DNA of 62,935 nt, filler included, from Folioceros fuciformis (GCA_049999805.1; 12 parts of 12 records of this genome joined end to end with filler, not necessarily neighbours in it); one strand, 5' to 3'. Counted from the first letter of the whole stretch, positions 1 to 13,299 are shown. Program-made: numbers and translations. Notes: generated by a model not told the origin, from the sequence alone.

Positions 1-1996
1 CCTTGCAGAAGGGCAGGGAGCTTCACTCACAGATTGTCCACAGAGGTCTGCTGGATGATGTAGTGGTGGGAACCTGCGTGGTGGACATGTATGCAAAATG
101 TGGTGAGCTGGCATCTGCACGCCAGGTTTTTGAGAGTATGGCCTCGAAGGATGTGGTGACATGGACGGCCCTGATTACTGGGTATGCACAGCAAGGACTC
201 GGCGAAGAGGCGCTTGTTGTGTATGGACAAATGGAGGACGCAGGCCTCGTTTTGGCTAATGATGTTACTTTTGCTTGCCTTCTGAAGGCGTGTGCCAGCA
301 CTGGTGCCTTGCAGAAAGGCAGGAAGCTGCACTCACAGATTGTCCAAAGAGAACTGCTGGATAATGTACTGGTGGGCAACTGCCTGGTGGACATGTATGC
401 AAAATGTGGTGAGCTGGAAGATGCCCGCCAGGTTTTTGACAGGATGGACACGAAGGATGTGGTGACATGGAATGCCCTGATTGCTGGGTACGCACAGCAA
501 GGACTCGGCCAAGAGGCGCTTCTTGTATATGCACAAATGGAGGACGCGGGCCTCGGATTCGCTGACCATGTTACTTTTGCTTGCCTTCTGAAAGCGTGTG
601 GAAGCACTGGTGCCTTGCAGAAGGGCAGGGAGCTTCACTCACAGATTGTCAAAAGAGAACTGCTGGATAATAGAGTGGTGGGAAACTGCCTGGTGGACAT
701 GTATGCAAAATGTGGTGAGCTGGAAGCTGCCCGCCTGGTTTTCGATGGCTTGGCCTCGAAGGATGTGGTGACATGGACAGCCATGATCGCTGGGTATGCA
801 CAGCAAGGACTCGGGCAAGAGGCGCTTGTTGTGTATGGACAGATGGAGGAGGCAGGCCTTGTTTCGGCTAATGATGTTACTTTTGGTTGCCTCCTAAAGG
901 CGTGTGGAAGCATTGGTGCCTTGCAGAAGGGCAGGAAGCTTCACTCACAAATTGTCCAGAGAGGTCTGCTGGATGATGTAGTGGTGGGAACCTGCCTGGT
1001 GGACATGTATGCAAAATGTGGTGAGCTTGAATATGCACGCCACGTTTTTGACAGGATGGCGTCGAAGGATGTGGTGACATGGACGGCCCTGATTGCTGGG
1101 TATGCACAGCAAGGACTCGGCCAAGAGGCGCTTGTTGTGTATGGACAAATGGAGGAGGCAGGCCTCGTTTTGGCTAATGATGTTACTTTTGCTTGCATTC
1201 TGAAGGCGTGTGCAAGCAGTGGTGCCTTGCAGAAGGGCAGGAAGCTGCACTCACAGATTGTCAACAGAGAACTGCTGGATAATGTAGTGGTGGGAACCTG
1301 CCTGGTGGACATGTATGCAAAATGTGGTGAGCTGGAAGATGCACGCCAGGTTTTTGACAGCATGGCCACTAAAGATGTGGTGACATGGAATGCCCTGATT
1401 GCTGGGTATGGTGCTTGTGATGAAGGTCGCAAGGCGCTATCTTGTTTTGAGGAGATGTTAGCTGCCGGTGTTCATCCTGACGATGCTACTTTTACTTGCC
1501 TTCTAGTAGCATGCAGTCATTGGGGTCTGGTCGAGGAGGGTCGCAAGCTCTTTGATTCCATGTCTGAACAGCATGGTGTCATACCTACTGTTGAGCATCA
1601 CACCTGCATGATTGATCTTCTTGGGCGTGCTGGCGAATTAGATGAGGCAGAGAGGATGCTATTATCATGTGAGGGCCAAAGTGATGTGGTGTGTTTGACA
1701 TCTTTGTTGAATGCCTGCAAAAGTCATGGAGATCTAGAGAGGGCTGTGTGGTGTTTTGAAAGCATTGTTAGGCTGGACCCCCAGGTGGCACCTGCCTATG
1801 TTCTCATGGCCAATGCCTATGCAGATGCAGGTAGGTGGACCGATGTAGACAGGATTGAAACACAGAGAAAGGCAGCAGGAGCTAAGAAGAAGCCAGCAGT
1901 GGCAAGCATTGAGGTGAATAAGGAGGTACACAGATTTCTGGTGGGAGACAGGAGAAAGGATATTGCGCTTAAGGTAGAGAGCACGAATGCGCGTGT
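1..1996 (+). CDS. PLS-class PPR protein with P2-L2-S2-E1-E2 and the start of a DYW:KP-type domain (partial at both ends)
   Basis: Open frame with 102-aa (306-nt) P-L-S triplets (VVTWxALIxGYAQQG / DVTFACLLKAC / VVVGxCLVDMYAKCG). These are followed by P2/L2/S2, E1 (VVCLTSLLNACKSHG), E2 (AYVLMANAYADAGRW) and KKPAVASIEVNKEVHRFLVGD. The frame runs into the gap. Confidence 0.95.
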
Positions 1997-2096
1997 NNNN
2001 NNNNNNNNNNNNNNNNNNNNNNNNNNNNNNNNNNNNNNNNTTAATTAATTAANNNNNNNNNNNNNNNNNNNNNNNNNNNNNNNNNNNNNNNNNNNN
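1997..2096. other. Artificial contig linker N44-TTAATTAATTAA-N44. It recurs at 5549-5648, 10783-10882, 15646-15745, 21608-21707, 36880-36979, 39536-39635, 47092-47191, 51967-52066, 56917-57016 and 61200-61299
   Basis: Identical 100-bp spacer carrying a stop-codon cassette, present 11 times. Confidence 0.99.
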
Positions 2097-2549
2097 TTAA
2101 AGTAAGAGGAACATGAAAATAGCTTGCAAGCTTACAACCTTTGTTCTTCTAAGCCATCCCATCAAGTATAGTTATTGTTTCTAGGTATAGTTATTGTTTT
2201 TAGGTCATTTTTTTTTCTACATATCTAAGGTCCTTTTGGTTCAAGAGAAGCTTTTATGTATGAGTATATACTCTGAATACTTTGAATCTTATGAAGGTTG
2301 TTCCCTATTACTTAGAAATAAAGCTTATGTGATAGTACATAAAAGAGATATATTCTCTAGCACATTTTAGAAAGCCAATTTTCTCTTAGGAAAAAATCTA
2401 AAAGCCATTTTTTTCAAAAATTAGGATTCTTGGGCGCTAGGCCTAAATATCGGTTCGCCAAGGTACAGCCTTGCGAACCGACATGCCATGCCATGAGCAT
2501 GGCCTTCCTCTCCCCTGCCCCTCTCTCTCGTATCCGTGCCAACCCGCAT

Positions 2550-5540
2550 GAGGGGAATGAATTCAAGTTCACGTCGTCCTGATTGTCGTGGCAATTGCCG
2601 CGGCAATACTGCTCGCCCTTCGTTCGTTTCAGTTGAGAACGAGAGCGGAGAGAGCGCTCTGCTCAAAGCACAGCACACGGTAAGAGTTGAAAGACCGAAG
2701 GCTGGGGAGGATGCACGTATGCTGATCGTGCTCCAGCGATGGATGAGGTTGCAATGCATTGTCCTTTTGCAGTTCAAAGGCCTGGTGGAGGGAAATTTTC
2801 TTTCAATGACTTGGAATGGTAGCAATCCTCATACAAGCATCCATCTTGTCCTGGCCAAGACAAACAACGACAGCTAGCTTACATCCCTTGGACCAGAGTG
2901 CAGGATTTCATAGAGGGCATGAACTCATTGCCACATGCTCCGACAAATTATTACAAGGCATCTCATAGAGGGGCAGCCAGAAATACTTCAGCAGTAAGTT
3001 GTCTGAAGCTAGATGCAGCCATTGTCACAACACAGTACGTATGGACGCTAAGGATTCAATCTGTTTACTTTCTGCTTGTTGGTATCATTGAAAGATTTCA
3101 TCTTCAATGTTCTGCTTGCAGTTATTGGTGTGGATATGGGCCACATGACTTGCGGAATGTTTCCATGCCTCCACCACCTGTACCTATTACTGTGCAAGGT
3201 GAGAAGAAGCGTAGACGGTCTCGGATTGCTAATGGTGAAAGCATCAAACACGGTTGTCAAGCTTCGTTTGCCATTGCACAGTTATGAAGATGGCCAGTAA
3301 TTGCTCAAGTAACATTATACGAAACTATGCATGTGGATGTTTTTGGAAGAGTGTGTCATGGCCTAGAGTACGTAGGCATTCCAAGAGATGTCAGGGCTTC
3401 TCACTTGAGTGTTGATAAGAAGGCATGGGTGAAACATGGTTTACTGTGTAATGTTTATGTGTCAGAGATTCTTAGACGACACTAGGAGCAGGTGCGGGCG
3501 AAATGTTGTGGGCTTTCAACAAGCTTGGAGCATGAGTCACATTATGTCCAGGTTAGAGATGATTTCTTGACATGTGCAAACATTGACAATCTTGCTGTCG
3601 ACTTGCAAGGTACAGTGTGGAAACATAATGAGGATGACAATATTAGTGTGGGTATATGGATGTGGCTCAATGTTGCATTTGTGTTTCACAAGTCTATTGC
3701 TGATCAGTCGTTTTGTTTGGGAATTCAAACCATGTTCATGCTTCAAACCTGTTTTGACACATGGTAGGAATAATGTGCGCAAGATTGACTCCACGTTTGG
3801 TGTAAACTAGTACAAGTACCAACTCTTCACAATTATGGCATTCGACCGTCATATGAATGGTATTCCGGTAGCGTGGGTTTTGGCAAAGGGCGGTACAAGT
3901 GATACCATAGCCAGATGGTTGACATCTTTTCATGAGGTTCTGTTAAGTAAGGATGCAACTTGGTTGCCCTCCACAATATTGGTTGATGATTGTGCAGCTG
4001 AGATTGTTGCAATTCGAAAGGTTTACAATTACAATGTTCCTGTTCTACTTTGCCTCTGGCATGTGCGTCGTGCTTGGCTTCGTAATCTTATTAAGAAAGT
4101 CCAAAATAGGGTAGACAAGGAAGCCATATGGTAGGAATTAGGTGAACTAATGTACGTCAAGGGCCCCAGTGCATCAATTCAAGATACAATTCAGGAGGGT
4201 GAGCAGTTGCTATTTTCCTTCTATGCCAAGTGGGAGAAACGGCAACCCGCGTTCGTGGGCTATTTCAGAACAACCTGGGGTGCACAACTAGGTTAGTCCA
4301 TATCTCCAGCCTCATATTCTCCCTTTTCAAGCTTGTGCACATACACATCTTCACAAGGCCTGTTTTGATTGCAGGCATATTCATAAAAAATGCCTGCATG
4401 CTTTCGCATGCATGGCAAGAATGTGCCTCTGCTATAGAGGCATGACATCGGTTTTTTAAGTAGAAACTTAGTCTTACGAGGGCATCTCTTGCTGGCAAAT
4501 GAGTAGACTCGTTGTTACATCAATTATGCTTCGTAATTGCATCCCATTATTGGTATGTGAACCATTTCAAAGAAGGAGGGTATGTGGTTAACACAGCCGA
4601 GGGAAAACTGTTGCACACTGCAATAGATGGGGCAACTCTGATTGAGGATGATAATGTTACTTTGCCTTCCCCACCTTGTACCACAGCTTTATGAAGGAGT
4701 TCAACAAATGCCCATGTGACATATACAATTGAGAATGCAGATTCCATATGGGCTATATGTGAGTGCGCTCAAGGGAGGAAAGGCTTTATTTGTAAACATA
4801 TCGTGAAAGTGCAAGATATGCTTGGAGTGCTCTCATACACACTCCCAATAAAATGTTAGTATACAACAACGAATGGTCTGGTAATTCAGGAGCTTGTAAC
4901 AACTCTTGCTTTATGTGATAATAGAGAACAGTTGATGGAAAGCGTTTCGTGCAACCTGCAACCCGTTGTGGAGGGTGTTTTATGTAATGAAAGCGGAACA
5001 GAAGATCAGATTCACTTCCTGGAACAAGATTTTAATGCTATTGTGAATTTGATGCACAAGAATGAGGAAGTCGTTGGGGATGCAGCACTTTTGGTGAAAC
5101 GTACACTCATGGATGTCCAGCGTTTGATTGCATATGAGCAGGAAATGCTTGCAGCACGGCAGCCTCTTCAAACATTCACCACCAACGAGGGAGACAACAA
5201 CATCATCAAGACTAAGCCATTCTTCTCACCACCGAAGAAAAAGAATAAGAGAGTGACTTGGAAGTTATCAGCAGACAAAGGAAACCAGCGTAGGTGTAGG
5301 TGTGATGTAGGTGCCAGTAATGTCTCCCTTTAGATGTTTTGACCAATGCTGCAATTAATCAAAAACTCAGTCTTGGTGATCGTCCTCTTCGCTCGTCTTG
5401 ATGATCCTCCTCCACGCTTGCCACATTGCATCCCAACTGCACATGCCTGAACGATGTGCGTGTTGACGAGTTCGACTTTGTATTGTGCCAGAGTATCACC
5501 GCGATATTCAGGACGACGGGAACTTGAATTAGTTCCCCTC
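2550..5540 (+). mobile_element. Degenerate Mutator-like (MULE) DNA transposon with terminal inverted repeats
   Basis: Left end GAGGGGAATGAATTCAAGTTCACGTCGTCCTGA (2550-2582) is the imperfect reverse complement of TCAGGACGACGGGAACTTGAATTAGTTCCCCTC (5508-5540). The internal broken frame has MULE transposase motifs (GIPVAWVL, ILVDDCAAE, LCLWHVRRAW) and a SWIM finger CECAQGRKGFICKH near 4757-4800. Many stops are present. Confidence 0.85.
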
Positions 5541-7335
5541 GCCCTCGGNNNNNNNNNNNNNNNNNNNNNNNNNNNNNNNNNNNNNNNNNNNNTTAATTAA
5601 TTAANNNNNNNNNNNNNNNNNNNNNNNNNNNNNNNNNNNNNNNNNNNNCCTGCTGTCTGTCTCCTCCGATTCTGCGTCCGCTTCAGCGGCTGCGCCTTTG
5701 CCTTTCCTGCTGCTGTCCTGCGTCCCGCTCATTCATCCAGTTCAGGGCGCAGCGGGCCGGGCGGCCAATGAGGGCGGGATACGATCGGGGGCGTCAGCTG
5801 GCGCGGCAACGCGCGCACACATGGGCTGGAAATGCGAAGCTTACGAAAGTCTGGCGAGGCAGGATAGGATGGACGGTTCACTCGCCTGCGCTGGTGTATG
5901 GGCTCGACGGTTTGCTGCTGGCGGCTCTGCCCGGTCGGGACCATATATCTCACTCCTTCTGGCACCTTGGGGTACGTGGCGCAAAACGCACCCGCGCCAG
6001 CCCTCCCGGCGACGCGTGTCCCAAGCCCTTCCTGCTCACACCCAAATATCAAGCACGGTGCTCCCTCCTCGGGCCCCCTCGGGCCTCACCAAACCCATTA
6101 CGTGGCCGATAGCTCAAGCGCGGGGTTCCACCACCCGCCACCTGCCCCCTCCCTACACGCTGCCCAAATCGAAAAACGCGCTCTTACCGGGATCGGGGCC
6201 CCAGCCCTTCCACACCCGGCCGTGTGATCTCATAGAATCAGGACGCGCGGCTTGCCCGGGTTCGCGGCAAACCAGCACGTGCCTCCGGCTCGGGCACCAG
6301 CTTAGGGGAGAAGGCCTCGAGGCCCCGCGGCCCCGACTCTCGTCTCCCAGAATCAGACTCCCAGCTTCCCAGACAGACACATGGACATGCACTTCCATTT
6401 CCCTTCCACCCCCGTTGCGCGCTGCACACGCAAATGGAACAACGTCCTCCTTTCTTCCCATCTCTTCTGCTGCTGCCAAGCCACACCAAAACGGAGCCTC
6501 AAACTTGGTACGCACACACTCTCACTAACTGGAGGGCAGAAAATTCAATACCCAACTGCAACCATGGTAATACTGCTGATACTGTACAAGTACATCCCAT
6601 CCCATACTGTATGTAGGAAGAAGGCTAGAAACAAACAGACAAGTGTGCGGCAAAGGGGAGAGAGGAGCAGGGAAGCCACCAAGGAGGACCAACTGGGATA
6701 TTTTCCTCTCTCGTCTGGCACCTCTCTTGTCTTTTTACGCTGGCTACAGACTGCACATTCAGTGGAATTCAATGCAAAAGCTTGACTTGACTGCGAATAC
6801 AGCATTGGTTGAATACATGTATGTACACGAGTGTGTACTATACTGGGCCTGCTTGTGTGCAGGAGAAACCCCCTGGATGATGAGCTCCGAGTACGGGTGG
6901 GGCACCGGCAAGGTGACAGGACGACAAGGGAGGGTGTGTCGTTTGCTGGACGGAGCAGCCTCCCCCGACCTCCCTCCTTCCACATTCTCCTCCACTGCTT
7001 TGCTTCCGAGGGCTTTGACCTGTAGCTGCAGGCAGGACAAGGAGGAAGGAGCAAAGGAGGTGGCATTCAATGGAAGTGGTGGCGAGGAACGTGACAGAAG
7101 GCACGCCCAATTCTGGAAATGGGGAGGAAAGGGTACCGGATTGGGGCACCACCCTGCTTCGTGACGGGCTTCCACTCCGACCTGGACAAGCTGCCATTGA
7201 TGACGAGTACCCAAGGCTCCTTAGGAAAATAAATTACTTGATCCGGAGGGCTTCTCGGCTTCCTCCTCTTCGATGCACATGTCTGCCTGGTGCTAACAGA
7301 TCAGGACAACGTGGAGGACGATGTGTAAGGGGAAT

Positions 7336-8868
7336 TCAGGAGGGGCTGGCCGTTGCCGCCTTGTACTCTGGACTGTTGACGTAGGTTAAAGCTTCCTCCA
7401 GCACCTGCCTCATCCTGTGCACAGATGGCCGAACGTCTTGGTCCTTGAGGTATATTTCCTTCACGGTGGCCCACCCAAGGTCTGCTATGCTCTGGGGATC
7501 CCTCAGCACGGGGTCATCCTGGTCGTACTTGTCGCTCAAGGAGCTCTCCGAGGGCTCGACCTTGTAGGGCAGGTAGTGGAGGCCCAGCTTGGTGGCAGGC
7601 TCGCCGTAGTAGGTCCATGCAGCCCAGTCTGTGCCCAGGGGGATGATCTGGATGAACACGGCCCCCGGCCTCATGAACAGGAGGTGCGTCATTGCGGCAC
7701 CATGGACTCCCAGCATCACGTCGCACGAGTCCAGCACCTTGTACATGTCACGGAGCTCCATCGTTGCATCCGGAATGACGAGCCTGACAGCAAACCCCAG
7801 TTGTCGAGCAACAGCTTCTATCTGCTCCAGATTCATGATGATGCGGCTATCATTCCGGGCCAAAATCACTAACGTTGGCCTGCCTGGAGGCAGCATGCTC
7901 ATTGGCTTCGCAGCCATGCTACTCACTCCCTCGCCACCACTGAACGCTCGGTCCAGAACAGCTCGAAATCCTCGGATGCTCTCCCCGCCAGGCATGAACT
8001 CCGGCACCACAGCCAGCTCCTCGTGGAAGTGCACCCCGACCGTCACCTCCGGGAAGCAGTGCACTCTCCTGGTCCCCTCCAGATCGATCACCTCATAGTT
8101 GGTGAGCTGCCTCACCACATCCCGGTACTTGGAGAACCACCAGTCATGGTACTCCACGATGACGAACACAACCTCCCCCTTCAGATGCTGCGAGGTCACG
8201 TACACAGGAATCAGTCCGTCGTTGAACTCGTGGTACACATTTCCAGTGTATCCCCCCGTAGTGAACACCACGGCAGGGACTGTGTGATTCACATAGCACT
8301 CTGGAGCATTCTTCCTCTCCCCTCCAGATCCCCTCACGCTCCTCAGCACCAACTCGTGCACAGAGCTCATGGTGCTCTGCTCCCACTTCCTCGTGTATGG
8401 TCTTATCCTCTCCTCCCCTAAGGGAGTGTTCTCCAGAGCTGTGTAGAGCACAAAACTCCTCAGGGATCCCACCATGCGCACATCCCCCTTCATTGTGCAC
8501 ACATCCGTCCTGTAGTGCGACCGATCGCAGGAGAAGACTTCACCTCTGTGCATTCCCGGAAGCACCGGCACTCCCAGCCTCGCCTTCCCTGCGAGGAGAA
8601 TCGAATTAGGGCTAAAGCATCAAGAACGTCAGACAAGAGATGCAAGCAAGGACTGCTGTGCTATGCTTGACCAACCTGGGAGTAAGCCGGGAAGCGAAAC
8701 CCGCATATTGAGCAGAGCAGTGAGGAGGACGACCATGATCAACACCAGCGCGCCCACCAGCCGGAGTTGCATCCCCTTCCTGGGCTGCTGCCCGAGGCGG
8801 GATCGGAATCCCGCCATGTTGGAAGCGGCTCTGGAAGCGAACACCGGGCTGTCCCGCCCTTTCCTCAT
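7336..8868 (-). CDS. Glycosyltransferase family 61 protein (xylan arabinosyl/xylosyl-transferase-like), type II membrane protein. Exons 8868-8676 and 8588-7336
   Basis: Motifs CDRSHYRTDVC, IRPYTRKWE, GGYTGNVYHEFNDGLIP, GVHGAAMTH and FIQIIPLG. An N-terminal TM helix lies in the upstream exon. GT-AG intron 8589-8675 is phase-compatible. Start ATG may be 8868 or 8817. Confidence 0.92.
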
Positions 8869-11404
8869 GGCGAGCTCACCAGCCAGTCCACGTCCAGGGT
8901 GCCGGGCCAAGGGACATCGCCGTTCGCGTCCTATCTCACAAGTTGCCTTCACCCATCGGGTCCGACGGGAGGGATCCCCGGAGGATCCGACGACACGCAA
9001 CCGAGCTGTCAAACGATCGGTACATCCGGCTTCGGGGAAAGTCAAGTTATGGTAACTGTCGCCTTCTCACCTCCTTCTGCACAGACAGACGCGTTCTGCT
9101 ATTTGCTTGTTTTGCTTTGGGATGCTTGCTCTCCCCCTGTTTTCTTTCGTCTGGCTCAATTTGTACGTTTCCATGCTGTGCAAAGTTATCATGGATGAGA
9201 GAAGCTTCCCAGGAAGAGGGACACCAAGTGTCTCTACGTGGTAACATTTCCACGGGGGAGGCCCAACACTAGCCTGAGCACTCGATTCCACATCTGCGTT
9301 CTTGCTCTCAGTGCCTTGGGATTGGAAAGAAGATTTCCCTTGAAGTTTGCATCCTGCAACAGAGAACCAGCAGCAGCTCAGTTCCTGATGGTTGGTAAGA
9401 AGTAGATGGTCGGTTGGTGGGATCGAAGAGCAGAGATTGATGGGCAGCTAGTTCCTTAAAAAGCATGGTGGAGGGGTTTGATCTAGAAGTGTCAGTGGTA
9501 CCTCCGTGAGAAGTTCATCGAGGGCTGCAACCAAAGCATCCTTCCTGTTCAGGACCCACCTGGTGTCTTCGTAGCCGAGGAAGCCCAGCTGCCAGGGTCA
9601 CCAGTGACATCAGACAGGGTTGGTTGTGGAGAGGATGAGAGGAAGTGAGCTGCAGACAGAGGACTTACCATCACGGTGTCCCACAGGCAGACGTTTGGAT
9701 CCGGGTCATACCTTTGACCACCCCTGCAGGCCGAGTGGAGCAGGATTAGTGACGAACCAACCAGACCAGAGGTCTGTTGATTGCTGGATCAATAAAAGCG
9801 TGAGCTGTTGATGCTACTTTTCCTACCTTCAAGTATCACATTGGAGAGCAGACAGTGTGCGGCTGGAGGGGGGATGGAGGGATTGTGAAGTCTGTGCATC
9901 AAATGTGCCAACAAAACTCAGTGCTAAGACACTCTGCCAAGTACCGCGGTAATCGGAAGACTTGGTCACCAAAGACGCCCACAGAAACTGAGATGCATCG
10001 CACGAAGTCAGCCTTCATCTTCTGGGCCTCACTTTCAGTCAGAGCCTGATTCCTGCGGCAACAGAGCATTGTTGAAAGTGATGTTAGCACGCCACTGCTG
10101 GCCTTCTCACAGTATGTGAGCTGGATGTGCTCAGGAAAGCAAGTACCTTCTCATTTCATTATTGAGCCAGTTCTTGACAGGTAGGAAGAAGTTCTCAGTG
10201 CCACCCCTCCTTAAGGCCAGAAACCTCAACACAAACTCTCTGTCCCGCATTCTGTACCAGAGAATCAACGTGAGAAAGGATGTTGCAGCTGAGATTGACA
10301 CCAAGCTTTACGACTCCCGGGTAGACCTTTTGTGTGGTACTTCTTGACGAAACGCTTTCAGCATCGCCGGAATCAGAACTAGTTCTTCCAACAGATCGTT
10401 GTATCTGGGCAAGCGCGCAACCAGAAACTTAGGAAGGAAGCTTCCCCCCTAGCTACAGTGCGTTTTCTAAACACATGACCCACCTGCCTTGAAACACACA
10501 GTTGCGCAATTCCTGCTCGTTCAACTGTACCACAAACCGAGAGGAGAAATAAACAAGCCACGTTTGTGCCCAGACATCAGGGAGCCCTTCAATTCTTTCA
10601 CAATTGTGTGACACATTTCAGGCATAGAACATACCTGTGTGGACCCCATGTTGAGCCGCTCGAAGACCTGGTGCACGAAGGACAGAATGTAAGCAGAAAG
10701 GCGGCAGATGAGTCCAATTAGGAACTGGAGAGATGCACACCTCAAAGACGACATCATCGTCAGAATGACGTGAGATTGTGTGNNNNNNNNNNNNNNNNNN
10801 NNNNNNNNNNNNNNNNNNNNNNNNNNTTAATTAATTAANNNNNNNNNNNNNNNNNNNNNNNNNNNNNNNNNNNNNNNNNNNNGAAAATGCGCGTGGGAAT
10901 TATCGTAGGCCCCACCGCACCGCCTCCCAATTCCCTTAGTTATGACATAACGCTCATTCGCAATGCACATTACCGTTAGTATTTAAACCTCCCCCTCCCT
11001 CTCCCTCTCCCTCTCCCTCTCCCTCCAATCTCTCCCCATTCTGGCAACTCCAACCTTCCCACCTTTTCCTTTCCACTACCTTCCATATGGCCCATCATTC
11101 AACACTTACTACACATTTCCCTTGCACTTCATTAATGCATATAATTAATGTATTTAATTATTTATTTTAAATTAAATACTATTTTTATCATATTATATCA
11201 TATAAAAGAAATATGAACACTTCATTAACCTAACAAGCACTTATTCTCCCTAATTTTCATAGCTTGGTATTTACAACATCCTTCCATATAGGATGAAAGA
11301 CTCTTTTAATAGTCTATCTTATACTATTTTGGGAACAGTAGATAGGTTTTCTAGATGGTGTTCAAAGCAAAGCAGCTAGTACCTTTTCTTGGCTTGTGGC
11401 CGTG

Positions 11405-11578
11405 CTTGGGTTGTTCCTCCAATGTTTAGGGTTTAGGGTTCACTAAACCCTAAACCCTAAGGGTTTACTAAACCTTACACCTAAGGGTTTACAAAACCTT
11501 CAACCCTAAGGGTTTACTAAACCTTCAACCCTAAGCGTTTACTAAACCCTAAACCCTTGGGTTGTTCCTCCAATGTTT
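11405..11578. repeat. Interstitial telomere-like repeats (TTTAGGG/CCCTAAA and variants) flanked by a 23-bp direct repeat
   Basis: CTTGGGTTGTTCCTCCAATGTTT at 11405-11427 and 11556-11578 brackets TTTAGGG and AAACCCT units in both orientations. Confidence 0.85.
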
Positions 11579-13299
11579 TGGAGAGATGGGACTTTCTATC
11601 CTTTTTTTTTCAATAATAGAAAAGAATCCTAACTGCAGTATACAAAGTATGGTTTACAACCACAAAGAAAATCATGAAATGAACCATCAACCAAAAGCAT
11701 CTAACACATCCTCCTAATTACACTAGAGTTAAAACTTTATAGTATAATTATTATTATTATAGAATTAAAATAATAATATATAATGAATATTTTTATATTT
11801 ATCCAAATTATAGAGAGAAAATATAGACTAAGCGAGCCTCCTCATATAAGGGTTGCAGTATAATATGTTGTATTTTTATTTCTTTATCTGAATTTATTTT
11901 TTTCTATCTATATTCTTTGACGATATTTATGTATAAAAAAACATTTTCAAGGAGAATATCTCTATACAACCACCTTATGAAGACTTGTTGGTTAAGTCGT
12001 TTATTTGGCATTGGATTTATCGCAAAAGCGCGGAGAATAAGAATGTGGAAGTATTTAAAGAAAATTCATTCCCTTCTAGAATGTGTACATTCTTTTCAAG
12101 AATAGAATGCACATATTTCAAAGGACACCTGATTGGAAGAGAAATTAATTATATATGACATCATAATTGTACGTATTCTTGTTAGTGGGTCGTTTAGATT
12201 AGGTTTAAAAAGTTAACAGTTTTATTTTCTGTTTTTTCTGGTTTTAATAGTAAAATCTCCGATGAGAACTTGACTGGACGCAGCGATCTAGGGAGTGAAG
12301 GACGCAATTCTTTTAATCGGAGTAATTAAATTTAGGAAAAAGTAATAATAAAGGATGAAAAAGAGGGGGTAAAGCGCATGTATGCTCCATGGTGGGGCCA
12401 TGGAAATGACGTCCGTTGGGAATTGACTGTCAGGAAACAAATGAGAGTAAATGATTGGGAAAATGAAAGGAAAGAGGCATTTATGAGGGCACGGCACGGC
12501 CCGCTTTAGGCTGGCCCTTGTAACTAGAAAATGAATGGACCCGGAAAGGAAAGGCTATATGGGACCTGGAGTTATTGACCACCAGACGAGGTAAGGACGG
12601 GTGAATGGGATTAACTAGGCGGGACCCGCCTCAGGATTATTGGGGCGTGAGCGGGGTCCGTGTGAAGTCCCCACTGGCCGGTATGTATGTACTGTATATG
12701 TACTGTACGAGTAGTGCATGCATGCTATTCTAGGCGAGTAGTGGGGAAGCCATTGCGGTGCCCACCCGTGCGCGTCGCCCTCTATTGCTCTCGCCATCCC
12801 CTTTCCCCTCGCCATCTGCCATGTCCCGCCGCCCCACCTACTCTCTGACGACACCCCCTTTTTATTACCAGCCTCACCGCCTTTTAATGCTTCACGCCCC
12901 AGACCTTGCTGCTTCTTAATGCTCCACGGCCCCACTGCGGCGGTGGTAGCTCTGTGTGTATGTATGTATACCCTATACCCTAATCGCTCACGGCTCCCGT
13001 AATACGGGAGGCCTAACTAAAAGGGGGTTGCGGCGTGATTAGGTGAAGGATGGGGATGTAGGATGTTTGCTACGAGATGTGGTTACTCATTAGTACGGAG
13101 AGTGAGGTGGGAGTATTTATTATGTATGTCACAAGGATTGAGAACATTATGGGTTATATCGTTCTTGAGTTTGTTGAGTTGAGAGCATTTTGAGGATGAT
13201 TCTTCATGAGAGTGTGATAGACAATCATCCTGAAGATGAGACTATGAAGGTTGAGAGTGGAGGTTGTGAAGCGTTCTCTTTGTAAGTGTTCTTGCGCGT

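Noticed and set aside
23-1432. Repeated antisense ORFs over the PPR gene
   Set aside because: By-products of the 306-bp coding repeat.
1997-2096. Regularly recurring TTAATTAATTAA palindromes flanked by N (CRISPR-like or regulatory repeat?)
   Set aside because: Artificial scaffolding linker. ORFs running through the Ns and gene adjacency across linkers are artefacts.
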